Shown here: positions 48,770-57,748 of the stretch, piece after piece | How positions within the stretch are numbered: the stretch's first letter is position 1 | Layout: each line of letters starts with the position of its first letter | DNA from: an uncultured bacterium | GTDB lineage: Bacteria > Chloroflexota > UBA5177 > JANWHV01 | NCBI GenBank assembly: GCA_963729625.1 | Contig: CAVSOU010000007.1 | Coordinates: 96,001 to 160,000, forward strand | Direction of reading: 5' to 3' | Length of the DNA: 64,000 nucleotides | Program-made: the position numbers and the translations under genes | The notes under the pieces: generated by a model | The model's database searches: none | Seen by the model: only the letters and a program-made list of their open reading frames with translations | What the model was told of the DNA's origin: nothing

Positions 48770-49951
48770 GTGAAGATCGCGATCGCGACCGATTTCCATA
48801 GTCCGTGGGTTGGCGGTCCCGCGACGTTTATAGACAACTTCTCGGCGTTTCTCGTAAGTCGCGGCCACCAAGTGGACATCCTGGCGCCGAGTGCGACGGG
48901 AAGGGCGTCGGTTGAGCGCGGACCGGGCAAGACCGTTCATCGCTTCCAGAGTGCAGCCCTTCCGTTTGGCTATGGCGTGCGAGCGGTGTGGCGGGTAGAC
49001 CGCGTCGGCGCGGCGCTACGCCGGATCGAGCCTGAAGTCGTTCAGATCCATCACCCATTTCCTCTGGGATCCGCGGCAATGATCGCCTCCCGCCGCCTCG
49101 GAATCCCGATCGTGGCAGTGAACCATACGATCCCCGAGTGCTCGCTCTATGGGATGCGACTCAGCCGCGCTTACCCGATCGCGCTCAACGCATTTCAATG
49201 CTACCTGGCCTGGCTGCTGGCTCACGCGACGGCGATATGCACACCCACGAGAACCGCTGCAAGCCTTCTGAGTGCCATGGGGATCAGCGCCGGCGTCGAG
49301 GTGATTTCTAACGGCGTCGACACCAGCCGTTTCAGGCCTGGTGCAGACAAGTCGGTCGCTCGCCGGAAGCTCGGACTCCCAGACAAGCCAATGGTGCTGT
49401 ACACCGGCAGACTGGACGCCGAGAAAGACATGGAGACTTGGCTGAGGGCCGGAGCCAAGCTGCTGGCGGCGGTGGACGCCCATCTCGTGGTCGGCGGAGA
49501 AGGCGCGGATAAGCCCAGGCTCCAGGACATCGTGCGCCAATTGGGCCTTCGGAGCAGAGTCACGTTTCCTGGTTACCTCCCGGTCGAGCAGCTCCCCTGC
49601 CTCTACCAGGCCGCCGATATCTATTTCATTACGAGCGCCGTGGAGCTGCAGAGCATTACGACGCTCGAGGCGTTGGCGTCCGGGCTCCCGGTCGTGGCTG
49701 CCGACGCGGCCGCGCTGCCTGAGCTCGTCATTCCTGGCGTCAACGGTTTCCTGGCAAAGCCGCGTGATGCCGCAACGTTTGGCGCAGCCCTGATCGATGT
49801 CTTGCGGTCGAGCGAAACCATCGCGCGAATGGGTGCCGCGGGCCGATTGATTGCAGAGCAGCACAGCCTGCAGACCGCGGCAGCTCGACATGAGCAACTA
49901 CTCGAGCGTGTGGCCGCGCGGACGTACGCCGCGAAAGTCGCGACCGCATGA
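48770..49951 (+). CDS. Glycosyltransferase family 4 (diacylglycerol glucosyltransferase-like)
   Basis: IAIATDFHSP..GG, HHPFPLG, NHTIPE, ISNGVD, YTGRLDAEK, ELQSITTLEALASG. Confidence 0.9.
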   Translation: MKIAIATDFHSPWVGGPATFIDNFSAFLVSRGHQVDILAPSATGRASVERGPGKTVHRFQSAALPFGYGVRAVWRVDRVGAALRRIEPEVVQIHHPFPLGSAAMIASRRLGIPIVAVNHTIPECSLYGMRLSRAYPIALNAFQCYLAWLLAHATAICTPTRTAASLLSAMGISAGVEVISNGVDTSRFRPGADKSVARRKLGLPDKPMVLYTGRLDAEKDMETWLRAGAKLLAAVDAHLVVGGEGADKPRLQDIVRQLGLRSRVTFPGYLPVEQLPCLYQAADIYFITSAVELQSITTLEALASGLPVVAADAAALPELVIPGVNGFLAKPRDAATFGAALIDVLRSSETIARMGAAGRLIAEQHSLQTAAARHEQLLERVAARTYAAKVATA

Positions 49952-51312
49952 ACAGGAAGCTGCGCCGGGTCGATCCTACGCCTCTCACGCGCCTCGACAC
50001 GCGCACAGGCCCTCTGAGTCCGCGCCAACCTGATACGCAGACTGCGAACGGGTTCATGGGCGTCCTGCGCAATCCTGCCTTTCTCAGGCTCTGGACCGCA
50101 CAGGCTCTGTCGCAGACCGCCCAGAACATGGTGTGGTACGCTCTCTTCCTGCAGATCGCTCGCCTCTCGAACGGCGCTCCTGCCGCCGTGGGCGCAATGA
50201 TCATGATGGTGCAGCTACCGACAATTCTGTTCGCGGGTCTCTCCGGCATCCTCGTCGATCGGTTCAGCAAGCACCACATTCTCGTCTTCAGCAATGTGAT
50301 GCGCACGCTCGGCTGTGTCGGCTACGTCGTATTTCTCAATCACGTGTCTGCCCTGTACGCGATTACCTTCTTCGTGGCCGTCGTGAACCAGCCGTTCCAG
50401 CCGGCCGAAAGCGCGACAATCCCACTGCTCGTAAGCGATCGCCTTCTGCTGCCGGCCAACGCGCTATTCCAGATTACCTTCATGTGCTCGCAGGTCCTGG
50501 GCTATGTTGCCGGACCGATTCTCGCCGGCTTTCCCGCCGTCGGCGTGCAGAAGACGATGATCATCAGCGCGGTTTTCCTCGCGATTTCCGCGCTCGTACT
50601 GGTCGGGCTGCCGGAGATAACGCGCAAAAGGCGGAAGATTGCCGGCAGCGAGAGCGCCCGGCACGCGGTCCTGCAAATGTGGCTTGAACTCGTGGAAGTC
50701 GCCAGAGTCGTGGCAAAGGACTCGCGCCTCGCCGTGGCCCTCATCCAGCTCAGTCTCGCTCCGGCCGTTCTGCTGGTGCTCAGCGAGCTGGGACCCAAGT
50801 ATGTCAAGGATCTCATGGCCACGAGCCAGTACAACGCTATGATCTGGCTCATCGCACCAGCGGGGGCCGGCCTCGGAGTCGGCATGTATCTCATCGACCG
50901 CATCGGCCACCGTATGCCCAAGGGACGCGTGGCATCCGCCGCGATGATCGCCACTGGGGTCGCGCTCGGTGCGCTGGCCATTGTGCCGAACGTCACGGGA
51001 GTCCTGCTCAGCTACGTCCACGTAAGCAGGACCCTCGGCGCGGCAAGCATGACCGTACCAATCAGCTTCGTGCTGGGCATCGCCACGTCACTCCTGGTTG
51101 CTCCCGCTCAGACAATCGTCCAGGAGCGCGCGGATGGCAACTTGCGAGGCCGTGTACTGGCCGTCCAGCAAGCGCTTGCCGCGGCCGTAACGATTCCGCC
51201 TTTGATCGCCGTGGCGGCTGTCGGCCAGCTGCTCAGCACGTCCGAGACCATGGGTATTCTCGCAGTCGTCGTCGTGCTCGCCGGTCTCCTAAGCCGGCGA
51301 GCCGTCTTCTAG
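49948..51312 (+). CDS. MFS transporter
   Basis: LRNPAFLRLWTAQALSQ, GILVDRFSK, PAESATIPLLV, QTIVQE..LRGRV; ~12 TM. Confidence 0.88.
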   Translation: MNRKLRRVDPTPLTRLDTRTGPLSPRQPDTQTANGFMGVLRNPAFLRLWTAQALSQTAQNMVWYALFLQIARLSNGAPAAVGAMIMMVQLPTILFAGLSGILVDRFSKHHILVFSNVMRTLGCVGYVVFLNHVSALYAITFFVAVVNQPFQPAESATIPLLVSDRLLLPANALFQITFMCSQVLGYVAGPILAGFPAVGVQKTMIISAVFLAISALVLVGLPEITRKRRKIAGSESARHAVLQMWLELVEVARVVAKDSRLAVALIQLSLAPAVLLVLSELGPKYVKDLMATSQYNAMIWLIAPAGAGLGVGMYLIDRIGHRMPKGRVASAAMIATGVALGALAIVPNVTGVLLSYVHVSRTLGAASMTVPISFVLGIATSLLVAPAQTIVQERADGNLRGRVLAVQQALAAAVTIPPLIAVAAVGQLLSTSETMGILAVVVVLAGLLSRRAVF

Positions 51313-51428
51313 CTTCCACGCTACCCGCTGCGTCCGCCGGCCAAGCCTCACATCGCCAATGCCATGCGATTTTTCATGGCCGGCAGAGGCAATGCTGACT
51401 CTCAGGGCTCTGCGAGCGACCTCGCATT

Positions 51429-52481
51429 TCAGTCGAGGAGACCCTGTTCCCGTAACAGCTCGGCGTTGAGCACTGAACCACCTGCAGCGCCGCGCATGGT
51501 GTTGCTGCCAAGCGCGACAAACTTGACGCCGAGGATCGCGCAGTCGCGGACTCGCCCGACGCTGACAGACATGCCGTTTCCGGCGTCGCGGTCGAGCCTC
51601 GTCTGCGGGCGATTTGGCTCCGAGCGAACAATCACCGGCTGCGCGGGCGCGGTCGGAAGACCGAGTTCCTGAGGCAGACTGGTATAGCTTCGGAACGCCT
51701 CCACCACGTCGTCCAGCGAGGCCGGGGTGCTCAGGGCCGCGGAGACGCATTCCAGGTGGCCATCGCGCGTCGCCACGCGGTTGCAGTGAGCACTCATCGT
51801 GATCTTGGCAAACTCGATGGCGCCGTCCGCGTAACGGCCCAGCATCTTCAGAGGCTCCTCCTCGAGCTTGGGTTCCTCTCCGCCGATATACGGAATCGCA
51901 TTGTCGAGGATGTCGAGCGACGGCAAGCCTGGATAGCCGGCGCCGGACACCGCCTGAAGCGTGGTCACTAACACCTTGTCCAGTCCGAATGTCCTCTGAA
52001 GTGGATGCAGAGCGGTCACCAATACGGCGGCACAGCAATTTGGATTGGTGACGATGTAGCCGGGCCATCCTTTGCGACGTCGCTGCTCACGCAGGATTGC
52101 CGAATGTTCGTGGTTGACCTCGGGCACGAGCAGGGGAACGAGTGGATCCATCCGGTGGTTCGAAGCATTACTGAAGACGTAGTGGCCTCGCCGAGCGTAA
52201 TCAGCCTCCACATCTCCCGCCACGTCCGATGGAAGCGCGGAAAACACGACACGTGCCTCGAGTTCGGCCCCGAGCGGGAGCACCTCGAGATCGCGAGCAG
52301 CGTGGGGAATCCCGGCGCCAAGGAGCCACCGACAGGCGTCTGCGTAGCGCTTGCCTGCCGAGCGATCCGACGCGACGACAGCCTTCAGCTCAAACCATGG
52401 ATGATCGGCTGTCAGGCCCACAAAATACTGGCCAACCATGCCGGTAGCGCCAAGGACGGCGACGGAAATGCGCTTGCTCAC
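51429..52481 (-). CDS. asd: Aspartate-semialdehyde dehydrogenase (archaeal/fungal-type)
   Basis: VLGATGMVGQ, SNAS.HRM, VPEVN, TNPNC, QAVSGAG, GAAGG. Confidence 0.96.
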   Translation of the reverse strand: MSKRISVAVLGATGMVGQYFVGLTADHPWFELKAVVASDRSAGKRYADACRWLLGAGIPHAARDLEVLPLGAELEARVVFSALPSDVAGDVEADYARRGHYVFSNASNHRMDPLVPLLVPEVNHEHSAILREQRRRKGWPGYIVTNPNCCAAVLVTALHPLQRTFGLDKVLVTTLQAVSGAGYPGLPSLDILDNAIPYIGGEEPKLEEEPLKMLGRYADGAIEFAKITMSAHCNRVATRDGHLECVSAALSTPASLDDVVEAFRSYTSLPQELGLPTAPAQPVIVRSEPNRPQTRLDRDAGNGMSVSVGRVRDCAILGVKFVALGSNTMRGAAGGSVLNAELLREQGLLD

Positions 52482-53878
52482 TGGATATCCTCCACGAACT
52501 CACGATGCGCGGCACGCACGGCTGCCAGCGCCTGGTCGTCGGACACAACCAGAGAAATGTTGTACTCGTTGGAGCCCTGGGCGATCGCCATGATGTTGAT
52601 GCCGATCACCCCGAGGCAAGAGAATAGCCGGCCGGCGATGCCCGGCGTGCCCGCCATTCCGGCGCCGACCACGGTGACGATCGCCACCGGACGCTGGGCG
52701 GTCACGGAGTCTACTGCATGCGTCCGCAGCTCGTCGGCAAGGTGCAGCTTGAGCGCCTCCTGAGTCTTCTCGACCTGTGACTCGGGAATAACGAAGCAGA
52801 TGTTGCTCTCGGATGATGCCTGCGAAATCATCAATACATTGGTGTTCGCCTGCGCGACAGCGCCGAACACCCGCGCCGCCGCGCCGATAACGCCCGACAG
52901 GCCAACGCCCTGGACTGTGACCAGCGCTTGATTCCTGATCGCCGTCACAGCTTTGACCGCGTGCGGAGTGATCTCGATCGTGTTGGTCAGCACAGTGCCC
53001 GGTTGATCGGGATTGAAACTGTTGACGATGCGATACGGCACGCCGGCCTCGACTGCCGGAAGGATGGAGGCCGGGTGGAGCACTTTGCTGCCAAAGTATG
53101 CGAGCTCCGCGGCCTCGGCGTACGAAAGGGCTGGCAAGGTCCGTGCCTCCGGCACGGCGCGCGGATCGGCGCTCATGATGCCGTCAGAGTCCGTCCATTT
53201 CCACACTTCGTCCGCGCCAAGCAACGCACCCAACACGGCCGCCGAGTAGTCCGACGCATTCCGTCCAAACGTCGTGGTAGCGCCATCCTCGGTGGCTCCG
53301 ATGAAGCCGGTCACCACGGGGATGATGCCGTCCTCGATCATTGGGAGGAGGCGGTCGCGGGTGCGGATTCGACTGGCAGGGGCAAGCACCCTGGCATTGC
53401 CGTGGTTGGCGTCTGTAAGGAGTAGCTCTTCAGCGCTCACCGGCGCGCTCCTATGTCCGCGTGCGTCGATCGCGGCAGCAACGATTGGCGCCGACAGCTT
53501 CTCGCCATAGCCACTTACTGCGTCGATCGACCGAACGGAAAGCTCACCCAGCAGGGCAATGCCCGTACATATCTCATGAAGCTCAACGAACGCCTCCTCA
53601 AGCCCGCGCTTCACTTCGGGCGCAGCGTTCGGTGCAACGTGAGCCAGGGCCTCGAGATGGCGTTCACGGAGCGCGCCGAGGTGTGCTTCCACCGACGACA
53701 GCACCTTGCGCCCCTGCAGGGCCAGACGGGCCACACCGAGCAAGCCGTCGGTGACTCCACCCATGGCCGACACCACGACAACCGGCGCCCTGTCACGATA
53801 GCGCAGGACGAGGTCCGCCGCATAGTGTATTCGTTCTCCGGTGGCCAGAGATGAGCCACCGAACTTCATTACGATCAT
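52478..53878 (-). CDS. lysC: Aspartate kinase with two ACT domains
   Basis: VMKFGGSS, VVSAMGG, TGFIG, GRNASDYSA, DGIMSADPR, KVLHP; ISQASSE and AQGSNE ACT motifs. Confidence 0.94.
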   Translation of the reverse strand: MIVMKFGGSSLATGERIHYAADLVLRYRDRAPVVVVSAMGGVTDGLLGVARLALQGRKVLSSVEAHLGALRERHLEALAHVAPNAAPEVKRGLEEAFVELHEICTGIALLGELSVRSIDAVSGYGEKLSAPIVAAAIDARGHRSAPVSAEELLLTDANHGNARVLAPASRIRTRDRLLPMIEDGIIPVVTGFIGATEDGATTTFGRNASDYSAAVLGALLGADEVWKWTDSDGIMSADPRAVPEARTLPALSYAEAAELAYFGSKVLHPASILPAVEAGVPYRIVNSFNPDQPGTVLTNTIEITPHAVKAVTAIRNQALVTVQGVGLSGVIGAAARVFGAVAQANTNVLMISQASSESNICFVIPESQVEKTQEALKLHLADELRTHAVDSVTAQRPVAIVTVVGAGMAGTPGIAGRLFSCLGVIGINIMAIAQGSNEYNISLVVSDDQALAAVRAAHREFVEDIQ

Positions 53879-53998
53879 GCATTCTCCTGATTCTCTCGGT
53901 GCGACCGACGCTGCCTCGTGCCGTCGCGAATCGTGAAACCATGCGTAGGATTGGCGTTGGCCTGCAGCGACCGCGGCACGGCTCCCTGTAGTCGATGC

Positions 53999-55762
53999 TT
54001 ACTGGGTCGCATTGCAGGCCTCGGCCGGCGAAACGTGCTGAGAACCGGCCGCGGGGCGAGCCGCTACCATTGTGAGGCGAACTCTGGTTCGCCCCTGCCA
54101 GGCGTCGACCGCCATTGTATATGCTATATCGTATCGTCCAGTCCCACGCCAGTCGGGATTGTGCCGCCACCACTTGAGTGCACGTTCAACGCCTCGGCGG
54201 TCGGCAAACACCAGGTCCGCGTGCACGCCTTCCCTGCCGAACTGTCGTCGTGCCACAAGAACTACATCTCGCGTCGCAAGCACCGGAGTTGCATTGCCCT
54301 CCGAGAAAGGCTCGAGCAGAGCTACCTGGCCGTACACCGTCTCGACGCCCACTTCGCCAGAGTCCTGCGACCAGTCGACCTCTCCGTCGACGTGGAGCTC
54401 GCCTTCACTAGCGCAACACTGCCGGCTCGCTACGGAGCCGGCAAACGCGGTTCGCAGAAGGTGGACATCTTCCGCCCGGAGCGTAAAGCCTGCCGCCCCG
54501 GCATGTCCGCCCCACTCGATCAACAAGTGCGAGTGCTCCGCCAGAACCGCGAGAATGTCGCACGAACCATTGCTTCGGACGGAGCCGCGCGCGAGCGACG
54601 CGCCGGGAAGCCGGCTGATGAGCATCGCCGGCCGACTGAGAAGCGCGGCATAGTGGCTCGCGGCTGGGCCAAGCAGACCCAGGTGCCAGTCATCTCCAAC
54701 TGCGAATACGATCGGCTCCTCTGTGCTGCTATTGGCCGCAAGCTGTGTGTCGACTTCGTTCTCGAGCAGCTCCGCAAGGCGCCGGCGCTCCGCGTTAAGC
54801 GCGTACAGTCGCTGGGCAAGGGTCCGGGCGCTGTCACTGTCCGTCGCCAGTAGCAGTTCGACGGCGAGGCTGGCATCTGCCAGGCGACCAGACGCGTTCA
54901 GGAGCGGCGCCAATTTGTAGCTGATCTTGGTCGAATCCAGGGCGCCGGCCGGGGTGCCGATTAGCTCGAGCAGCGCCACGAGGCCAGCACGGTGACTGTT
55001 CCAGAGCCGAGGCAGCCCACGGGCAAGAAAGGCGCGGTTAGCTATGGACAGGGGAGCCAGATCTGCGATCGTACCAAGCGCAACCAGGTCGAGATCACTC
55101 AGAACCTGGCTCGGGATCCCGCGGCGCGCATACAGGTCTCGTACCACGAGATACGCCATCGCCACGCCCGAAACACCCCAGATCGGATCGCTGCGATCGA
55201 CGTGCGAGGAATTACATATCGCCACTGCCGCCGGCGCCCGGCCCGTTTGCAAGTGATGATCGGTGACGATTACGTCGAGTGCAAGGGAGCGCGCGTAATC
55301 AATCATTGCGATGTCGTTGGTACCACAGTCGCAGGTGATGACCAGCGAGCAGCCTACAGAGGCAATCCGCTCGAGACCCTTGCTGTTGAGACCATGTGAC
55401 TCGGTGATCCGGTTGGGGATGTAGTAGTCCACGTTGCCGCCGACTCTCCGCAGCGCCCCGACCAGCAAAGCTGTCGCGGTCTGACCATCCACGTCGAAGT
55501 CGCCCCAGACATGTGTCTTTTCGTCACCGGCGAGCGCCGCGTCGATTCGGTCTACTGCCGCGGACACCGAAGGATAGGATCCCGGTGGTGGCAACCTGAA
55601 GTCCAGCGGGTGCAGGAATCGGTGAGCTTCCGCCTGCGTTCTGAAGCCTCTGCGCCACACGAGCTCACGCGTCAAGCGCGCGCAATCCGCGAGGTAATCG
55701 ACCGGCAGCTCCGCCGAGTCCGGCATCTGCCATCGCTGTGGACCTATCCCAAGAACCTGCAC
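53999..55762 (-). CDS. recJ: Single-stranded-DNA-specific exonuclease RecJ
   Basis: GDFDVDG, DCG, TDHH, LGTIAD, PLLNASGRL, GSVRS, GGHAGAAG, LEPF; start uncertain (55762 or 55726). Confidence 0.93.
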   Translation of the reverse strand: MQVLGIGPQRWQMPDSAELPVDYLADCARLTRELVWRRGFRTQAEAHRFLHPLDFRLPPPGSYPSVSAAVDRIDAALAGDEKTHVWGDFDVDGQTATALLVGALRRVGGNVDYYIPNRITESHGLNSKGLERIASVGCSLVITCDCGTNDIAMIDYARSLALDVIVTDHHLQTGRAPAAVAICNSSHVDRSDPIWGVSGVAMAYLVVRDLYARRGIPSQVLSDLDLVALGTIADLAPLSIANRAFLARGLPRLWNSHRAGLVALLELIGTPAGALDSTKISYKLAPLLNASGRLADASLAVELLLATDSDSARTLAQRLYALNAERRRLAELLENEVDTQLAANSSTEEPIVFAVGDDWHLGLLGPAASHYAALLSRPAMLISRLPGASLARGSVRSNGSCDILAVLAEHSHLLIEWGGHAGAAGFTLRAEDVHLLRTAFAGSVASRQCCASEGELHVDGEVDWSQDSGEVGVETVYGQVALLEPFSEGNATPVLATRDVVLVARRQFGREGVHADLVFADRRGVERALKWWRHNPDWRGTGRYDIAYTMAVDAWQGRTRVRLTMVAARPAAGSQHVSPAEACNATQ

Positions 55763-55984
55763 GTCACCGTTTGCCAAATAACTCACGAGCAATCCGGCGG
55801 ACACTCCCAGCCCGCAGGCCCGTCCGCGCTCTGCTTGTGCGTGCGAGAAGCCGCCGCGCATGCGCTGGAATCCGACGAGGGCAGTCCGGCGGTCAGGCAA
55901 ACGGCAAAGCAATGCTCGTATGGTAACGGATGGCGGCCGACCTTTGCGCGGGTCCGGTTGCCAATCGCATCGACACGGCCCCGA

Positions 55985-56785
55985 TCAGGGCCACCATCCT
56001 GTCCACGGCACGCGACGACGCTCGAATCCGGGGTCTGGGTAGACGCGCCCCCTCAACAAGCGAGACACTCGCGCCAGTACGGCGTCGATCTCGTTCTCGG
56101 ACACGAGCGACCGTAGTTTGGCATAGAGCTCACCACGCCGGCCCAGCTCATGGTAGAGCGCCGCGAGATCTGTCAACAAGTCGGCGGGAATCGGATCGCC
56201 GGCGAAATCCCAGATAACCGTGCGCAGCTTGGGTTCAGGATGGAATGTAAGTCCATGGTCGATCGCCCAGGTCCTCCCGGTGAGGTCCTGTATGCAGTGT
56301 TCCGCCTTCCGATCTGCGTTGTTCAGCACCCAGTCCAGTAGCGCAATCTGCTCGGAGGCATCACGATCCCGTTCCGCCGGAGAATCGAAGTAGTTGTTTG
56401 GGTCATGTTCGATGAACAACTGCACTGAACCCACCCCGTACGGACCGTTCCGCGCGACCGTGGGCGGCACCAGGGACCAGCCGATGCCCTCGCTCACGAT
56501 GTACGTAGCTACCTCACGTCGATAGAGAGAGCCAAGCGGGAAGTCCCAGAGCGGCGATTCGCCCCGTCGAGGCTTGTACACCGCGTGGCTTCTGCCCGAG
56601 CAGGAGTGTTCGAGGGTCACCAGAAAGGTGCTGTTGCTGCCCCACATGATCGGTCTGGCCTGCAGGACCTTCGCGGTGCTGAGGCAATCAAGAACGTCCG
56701 GCATCTCAGGTGACCAACTCGTCCCAGCCGGTTGACGGGTCTCGTCCTTGCTATCCGCCGGCTTCCGTCTTCGTTGGCGCGCCAC
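55985..56785 (-). CDS. SCO1664 family (PI3/PI4-kinase-like fold) protein
   Basis: GSNSTF, AVYKPRRGESPLWDFP.GSLYRREVA, LVPPTV, GPYGVGSVQ, NNADRK, IDHGLTFH..PKLRTVIW. Confidence 0.9.
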   Translation of the reverse strand: MARQRRRKPADSKDETRQPAGTSWSPEMPDVLDCLSTAKVLQARPIMWGSNSTFLVTLEHSCSGRSHAVYKPRRGESPLWDFPLGSLYRREVATYIVSEGIGWSLVPPTVARNGPYGVGSVQLFIEHDPNNYFDSPAERDRDASEQIALLDWVLNNADRKAEHCIQDLTGRTWAIDHGLTFHPEPKLRTVIWDFAGDPIPADLLTDLAALYHELGRRGELYAKLRSLVSENEIDAVLARVSRLLRGRVYPDPGFERRRVPWTGWWP

Positions 56786-56875
56786 TAATCACTCCCCTCA
56801 GGTTAGAACGTACCGGAAGAGCGAGGAAGGTGCGACCCACATCGCCAAGGAATCAGCTACTTTCGTGCCGTCACC

Positions 56876-56884
56876 TGTTATACT
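56876..56884 (+). promoter_or_regulatory. Extended -10 element upstream of dtd
   Basis: TGtTATACT. Confidence 0.5.
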
Positions 56885-56958
56885 GCCTCGCGAGCTTGGA
56901 GACACGCAGCCAGCGTGAGAGACGCGAGCATTCCCATCGGCGAAAGGCAGGATCCGCG

Positions 56959-57426
56959 GTGAAGGCTGTGCTGCAGCGCGTTTCTCGGGCGGCCGTGCGC
57001 ATCATTGATTCTGCCGGCGGATACAATCATTCAGCCGAGCGCATTATCGACGCAGGGCTTGTGGTGCTGCTGGGCGTGGCGGCTGATGATGATCTGACTG
57101 ACGCCAATCGACTCGTCGATAAGGTCGTCGGACTCCGTGTGTTTTCCGACGAGCATGGCAAGATGAATCTCAGCGTCGAGCAGGTCCGTGGCCAATTACT
57201 CGTCGTGTCCCAGTTCACGTTGATGGCTGACACTCGAAGGGGCAGGCGCCCAAGCTTCGCCGGCGCCGCGAACCCAGTTCTCGGCCGAACCATGTACGAA
57301 TATGTCGTCGACCGGCTGCAAGTGCGAGGTCTCAGCGTGGTGACCGGAGACTTTGGCGCCACAATGCAGGTGGAGCTTGTCAACGATGGACCCGTTACTA
57401 TCGTGCTCGACACCCGAGAAGCCTGA
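56959..57426 (+). CDS. dtd: D-aminoacyl-tRNA deacylase
   Basis: KAVLQRV, LRVF.D..GKMNLS, VSQFTL, GRRPSF, NDGPVT; GTG start at 56959. Confidence 0.96.
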   Translation: MKAVLQRVSRAAVRIIDSAGGYNHSAERIIDAGLVVLLGVAADDDLTDANRLVDKVVGLRVFSDEHGKMNLSVEQVRGQLLVVSQFTLMADTRRGRRPSFAGAANPVLGRTMYEYVVDRLQVRGLSVVTGDFGATMQVELVNDGPVTIVLDTREA

Positions 57427-57427
57427 A

Positions 57428-57712
57428 CTAGCTGGCAGGTGGAAGGCGACCGGCCCATAGCGCGCTCGCGGCGTCGCGGAGTTGCTGCGCCGTCGTGCGC
57501 GCTCCCGCGGGAACGGATGCATCCAGCTGGAGCGCCAGCCCAAGGCCGAGCGCGATCAACCGCTGATCCACGTCGTCAAGCTCAGATCGATCGTCATAGA
57601 ATGGGTGGTCGGTGGCCCAATCGGTGAGGTCTTCCGCCGACAGGCGCTGCTCGAGGAAATCTGCGATGCGTTCCGCGATCTCGGCTCGCCAGAGCTCTCC
57701 TTTGCGTGACAT
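57428..57712 (-). CDS. Hypothetical protein (94 aa) downstream of rpoD
   Basis: GGAG RBS; helical amphipathic sequence; fills the gap between rpoD and dtd. Confidence 0.65.
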   Translation of the reverse strand: MSRKGELWRAEIAERIADFLEQRLSAEDLTDWATDHPFYDDRSELDDVDQRLIALGLGLALQLDASVPAGARTTAQQLRDAASALWAGRLPPAS

Positions 57713-57748
57713 GGCGCGGTCTCCAGTGTTCCGGCTGAGCCGCTGTCG

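Noticed and set aside
53879-53998. Lysine riboswitch upstream of lysC
   Set aside because: The gap is only 120 bp and lacks the AGAGG..GCCGA core.
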